A stretch of 64,000 bases of DNA from Saprolegnia diclina VS20 (Eukaryota): positions 253,720 to 317,719 of the forward strand of contig NW_008246113.1 of NCBI RefSeq assembly GCF_000281045.1. Reading direction: 5' to 3'. Made by a program: the position numbers and the translations under genes. The notes under the pieces are model-generated. The model was given only the letters and a program-made list of their open reading frames with translations. It searched no databases and was not told where the DNA came from. Shown piece after piece: positions 60,518-64,000 of this stretch; position 1 is the stretch's first letter, and each line of letters begins with the position of its first letter.

Positions 60518-61180
60518 ATGCACATCAAGCTGCCCTTCAAGCGCCAGCCGCGCATCGTCGGCGGGCCGGGCCTCGCCGTGCTCACGGACCCGGACCTCTT
60601 CACCCTCGTGGCCTCGTACCAAGACGGGCTGCCCAACTCGCTCGTCCACGAGTTCCGGCGCTACAACGAGCGCCTCGAGCGGCTCTTCTACAAGTCGCAG
60701 CCAAACCTGCGCGCGCGCACGTCACCCGCGCTCTTCCGCGGCTACGTGCTCGTCAAGCTTCTCAAAGAAGGCGACGTTGACTTTGCACTGCAGCTGCTTC
60801 GAATGTGCCCAACGAACGCGCTTCTCCTCATTCCGCACCGCGGCGTCAAGTACCCCGTCACGATGGACCACGCGGTGCGGGCGCGGAGCCTCCCGCTGCT
60901 CGCGTCGCTCCACGAACGCGAGCTCGGTACGTGCACGCGCGATGCGATGGACATTGCAGCGGCCAACGGCGACCTCGAGATCGTTCAGTTCCTGCACGAG
61001 CACCGCAGCGAAGGCTGTTCGTCGGACGCATTTCTGTTTGCGGCCAAGCGCGGGCATACGGACGTCGTGACCTTCCTCCGCGAGTATCGACCGGCAGACG
61101 AAGATGTGATGCCGCTTCAGCCCCATGGCCGCGCGATCACGGGCAAGGACGCTTCCAAGGCGGACTGCGTCGTGCAGTAA
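60518..61180 (+). CDS. Ankyrin-like repeat protein, family A, CaaX (CVVQ)
   Basis: VLTDPDLFTLVASYQDGLP; FRGYVL; CTRDAMDIAAANGDLEIVQFLHEHRSEGCS; ends ADCVVQ*. Confidence 0.88.
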   Translation: MHIKLPFKRQPRIVGGPGLAVLTDPDLFTLVASYQDGLPNSLVHEFRRYNERLERLFYKSQPNLRARTSPALFRGYVLVKLLKEGDVDFALQLLRMCPTNALLLIPHRGVKYPVTMDHAVRARSLPLLASLHERELGTCTRDAMDIAAANGDLEIVQFLHEHRSEGCSSDAFLFAAKRGHTDVVTFLREYRPADEDVMPLQPHGRAITGKDASKADCVVQ

Positions 61181-61670
61181 GCGACGCGTGTTTGACAGCG
61201 ATCAAAGGTGTCGCCACGTCGTCGCTGCAGAGCGCACCGAGCATTTGTCGAGGTGCCTATGCAAAAGCGCGAGACTGCGAGATAGGACATGGGCGCGGAT
61301 AGAGTAACATTGAAGCAAACCAGTACAATTTATATATGTAAGCAGAACGGCGTCGGCATCGTTGAAAGAAGCACGGATCCGAGAGCTAGAAAGCTATACA
61401 ACGCCACACTGTGGCTAGGGTCCATGCATTCTCTACTCTTGACTGTAAGTAGTACGGCCCGACGACGAAACTCTGGTTCGTCCCATATTGCGTCGACACT
61501 GCACGCTTCCAAGGGTTCAGAAACCTTGGAGTCTTCGTACACCATCCAACGTCTGCGACGCCTTGGGTCGGCTCCATTTTTGACACGACTCGAAAAAGAA
61601 TCGAGGACAGGTTGTAGAGTCCCATGACGATGATCCAACGACAAATGTATATGGTATATAAAAATATATG

Positions 61671-61750
61671 AACGTGTTTCGCGTTATCTTCATAATTACA
61701 CAGACTTCGCATACGTAGAGACTAGCAATCTCCTTCTTCTTCATTCGCTC
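61671..61750 (+). repeat. Dispersed repeat, copy 3
   Basis: AACGTGTTTCGCGTTATCTTC..AGACTTCGCATACGTAGAGACTAGCAATC..CATTCGCTC. Confidence 0.85.
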
Positions 61751-61774
61751 AAATGTATATTAGTAGGAAATGGT

Positions 61775-62410
61775 CTATTGCACGATGCAACCAATCGCTC
61801 CTGCGCCGGGATCATATTCGCCGCGAACGCGTGTTTCGCGTCGATGTTCGTCTTGCGGGCGATTTGCTTTGAGAAATGCGAGGACCGCCTTGTGTTTTTT
61901 GGCCTTCTTGAATGCAAGCCGGGAGCAGCCTTCGGTGCGATGTTGATGCAGAAACTGGACGATGTCGAGGTCGCCGTTGGCGGCCGCAATGTCCATGGCG
62001 AGCTGCGAGCAAATGCCAATGGCTGGTCGAGCGTGCAGTCGCTTCACTAACGACAAGTTGCGCGCGCGGACCGCATTGTCGATCGTGTTGCGGATGAGGA
62101 TCGAGACGCGCGATGGGAGTTTGATGTCGTCGTCGTTTGAAAAGGTGTCGAGGAATGTGTGGGCGACGTCGCAGTGGTCGTCTTGGAGGAGGCGACAGAG
62201 GAGGTACCCGCGCATGTACAGCGGATCTTGCATTTGGTTGAGCTCCGGGTGGATGTGGTACTGGACCTTCTCGAGCTTGGCGTAGTAGAGCTGGAACATG
62301 TGCTGTAGCGAGCACGGCACGCCGTCTTGGTAAGCGAGGATGAGCTCCCACAAATCGGGCTGCGTGAGCACGTCGCGGGCCAAGCTCGACGATGAGACGA
62401 GCGCGCTCAT
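61775..62410 (-). CDS. Ankyrin-like repeat protein, family A, CaaX (CIVQ)
   Basis: VLTQPDLWELILAYQDGVP; MRGYLL; AMDIAAANGDLDIVQFLHQHRTEGCS; ends IGCIVQ*. Confidence 0.88.
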   Translation of the reverse strand: MSALVSSSSLARDVLTQPDLWELILAYQDGVPCSLQHMFQLYYAKLEKVQYHIHPELNQMQDPLYMRGYLLCRLLQDDHCDVAHTFLDTFSNDDDIKLPSRVSILIRNTIDNAVRARNLSLVKRLHARPAIGICSQLAMDIAAANGDLDIVQFLHQHRTEGCSRLAFKKAKKHKAVLAFLKANRPQDEHRRETRVRGEYDPGAGAIGCIVQ

Positions 62411-62796
62411 GGTGATGCTGTAGGTCCTTGGTCTCTTTTTAAAACTGCCTGGGAAGCCAGGATGGACAGACATCATGTCGCACGCTGTGTCCAACAGCTT
62501 GTCCACACCAGATTGCAGGTTGATTTGGTGGTGTTTTTCTATCCCATTTTTCCGCGCCATTTTTGCATTGGCAGCGAGGTGCGTCGTCACGACATTGCCA
62601 TTTTGTCATATTGTATACTAGTAGCTCCAAAATGTTATACCAATCGTAGATGACGCTTGCGGTCGTTAGATGAACAACGTTGTCCATATTGTTAGTCTCG
62701 AAAAGGACGGACACAAGCCGTTGACGACAGTCTCGACCGCCGCTGGCGTCTCTCGATGAGCTCAAGAAACTGCGTAGCGTTTCCCGCAATGGCGAC

Positions 62797-62994
62797 GCCT
62801 GAAAGGCCTGTACGAAGCGTGACGGCATGGGCGTCACTCGTGGCCGAAAGCGGCCCCGGGCGACTACAAAGAGCAAGACGAGCCCACGCACCGCCGCCTG
62901 CGCAGCCACGGACCGGCGAGCGAATGCCGAAGAACGAGTTTGCTAGTCTCTACGTGAGCGAAGTCTAGGGAAGGAAGATAACGCGAAACACGTT
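62797..62994 (-). repeat. Dispersed repeat, copy 4 (long form)
   Basis: ..GAGCGAATG..TTGCTAGTCTCTACGT..GAAGATAACGCGAAACACGTT; aligns with copy 1 over ~200 bp. Confidence 0.85.
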
Positions 62995-63033
62995 CTTATA
63001 TATACAGCGTTGTTCATAGTATCAGAAGGACAT

Positions 63034-64000
63034 TTATTGCAGTATGCACGCCGGCGTGTCCGCCACGATCGCCTGGTCCGCTGGCCGATGCGCGGTTAAA
63101 AATGCCAGCACCTCTGTATGCTTGTGCTTGGCTGCCATCTCAAACGCGCGGCGCGTGCAGCCTTCGGTGCGGTGTTCGTGGAGAAACTGAACGATCGCGA
63201 GGTCGCCGTTGGCGGCCGCAATGTCCATGGCGTGCGACGTGCACTTGCCAAAGCGACATTCGTGCAAGCCCGCAACAAGCGCGAGACTTTTGGCGGCCGC
63301 GGCGTTGTCGACAGTTCGCTTCAGATCGTTTGGGAGGGCCGAGAGGAGCTTTATCTCTCGACGCTGGCCAAATGTTCGCAGAAGCAGAAGAGCTTCGGGG
63401 ACGCGGGCGTCGTGGATCAGCCGGCACAGCACGTAGCCGCGAAAGAGGGATATGTCGGTCGCCAAGTGGCACAGACCAGGGTGATCCAGATAGTGCATGT
63501 GATGCAACTTCTCTCTAAACTCGGCGAAAGCGTCGACAAGCGCGCGCGGAATATGGTCTTGGTACTGCGTGATGCGCGCAAACAACGGCCGGGTCGTGAG
63601 CACTGACGCCGCGAGACGTCCGAGCTGCGAACGTCGCGTGCCCCGCGGTTGGTCGGGGCGGTGCGCCTCAAGGAACTCGAGAATGCGCGGGTGACGCTGT
63701 GCGACGTCGTACGCGTTTACCGAGCAGCCTTCGCGACGCTCGTGGTACAGAAACTGAACGATCGCGAGGTCACCGGCGCCGGCCGCGACGTCCATGGCTA
63801 GCGATGTGCAGCGGCCAAACCGGCGGCTATGCAGTGCCTGAAGCAGTGGCAGACTGCCGGCGCGCGCCGCATTGTCCATCGTGTCGGCAAGGGTCAAGGG
63901 CACGAGCCGACGCGGGAGCAGAACGTCCTTTGGAAGCGGGAAGAAGCGCAGAAGAAGTAGCGCCTCGGAGATCCGCGCCTCGGCGACGAGGCGGCACAGT
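63034..64000 (-). CDS. Family-A ankyrin-like protein with at least two fused modules, CaaX (CILQ); 5' end outside window
   Basis: First module ends ..LEAHRP; a second starts internally at VLTTRPLFARITQYQDHIP; ends PACILQ*. Confidence 0.85.
   Translation of the reverse strand, partial: LCRLVAEARISEALLLLRFFPLPKDVLLPRRLVPLTLADTMDNAARAGSLPLLQALHSRRFGRCTSLAMDVAAGAGDLAIVQFLYHERREGCSVNAYDVAQRHPRILEFLEAHRPDQPRGTRRSQLGRLAASVLTTRPLFARITQYQDHIPRALVDAFAEFREKLHHMHYLDHPGLCHLATDISLFRGYVLCRLIHDARVPEALLLLRTFGQRREIKLLSALPNDLKRTVDNAAAAKSLALVAGLHECRFGKCTSHAMDIAAANGDLAIVQFLHEHRTEGCTRRAFEMAAKHKHTEVLAFLTAHRPADQAIVADTPACILQ

Overview
Eukaryotic, GC-rich, gene-dense sequence with short GT-AG introns and TCATTTT/TCACTTT initiator-like and CCAAT promoter motifs. 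It is most likely an oomycete of the Saprolegnia/Achlya type; this is inferred from gene style and families, not from a database search. Housekeeping-type genes: an OFA-like MFS transporter, a CREG-like protein, a folate-biopterin transporter, a PX-domain AGC kinase, a PP2C phosphatase, a prominin/Tweety-like 5-TM protein and mitochondrial enoyl reductase (MECR). Less ordinary content: (1) a spliced FHA-like + CHAT (caspase-like) protease + STAND/NB-ARC NTPase gene with no C-terminal sensor repeats; (2) a co-oriented array of C2H2 zinc-finger paralogues, five in tandem (one cut by an N gap) plus one outlier; (3) two ankyrin-like families sharing an N-terminal 'VLTxPxL..I..YQ.G' motif, one ending in a conserved CaaQ prenylation box and clustering around a minimal RBR E3 ligase; (4) a ~10 kb palindrome with two head-to-head SLC34-type Na+/Pi transporter copies; (5) a dispersed 50-215 bp repeat in four copies. 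One assembly gap lies at 10700-11418. Exon boundaries were read by eye and are approximate.
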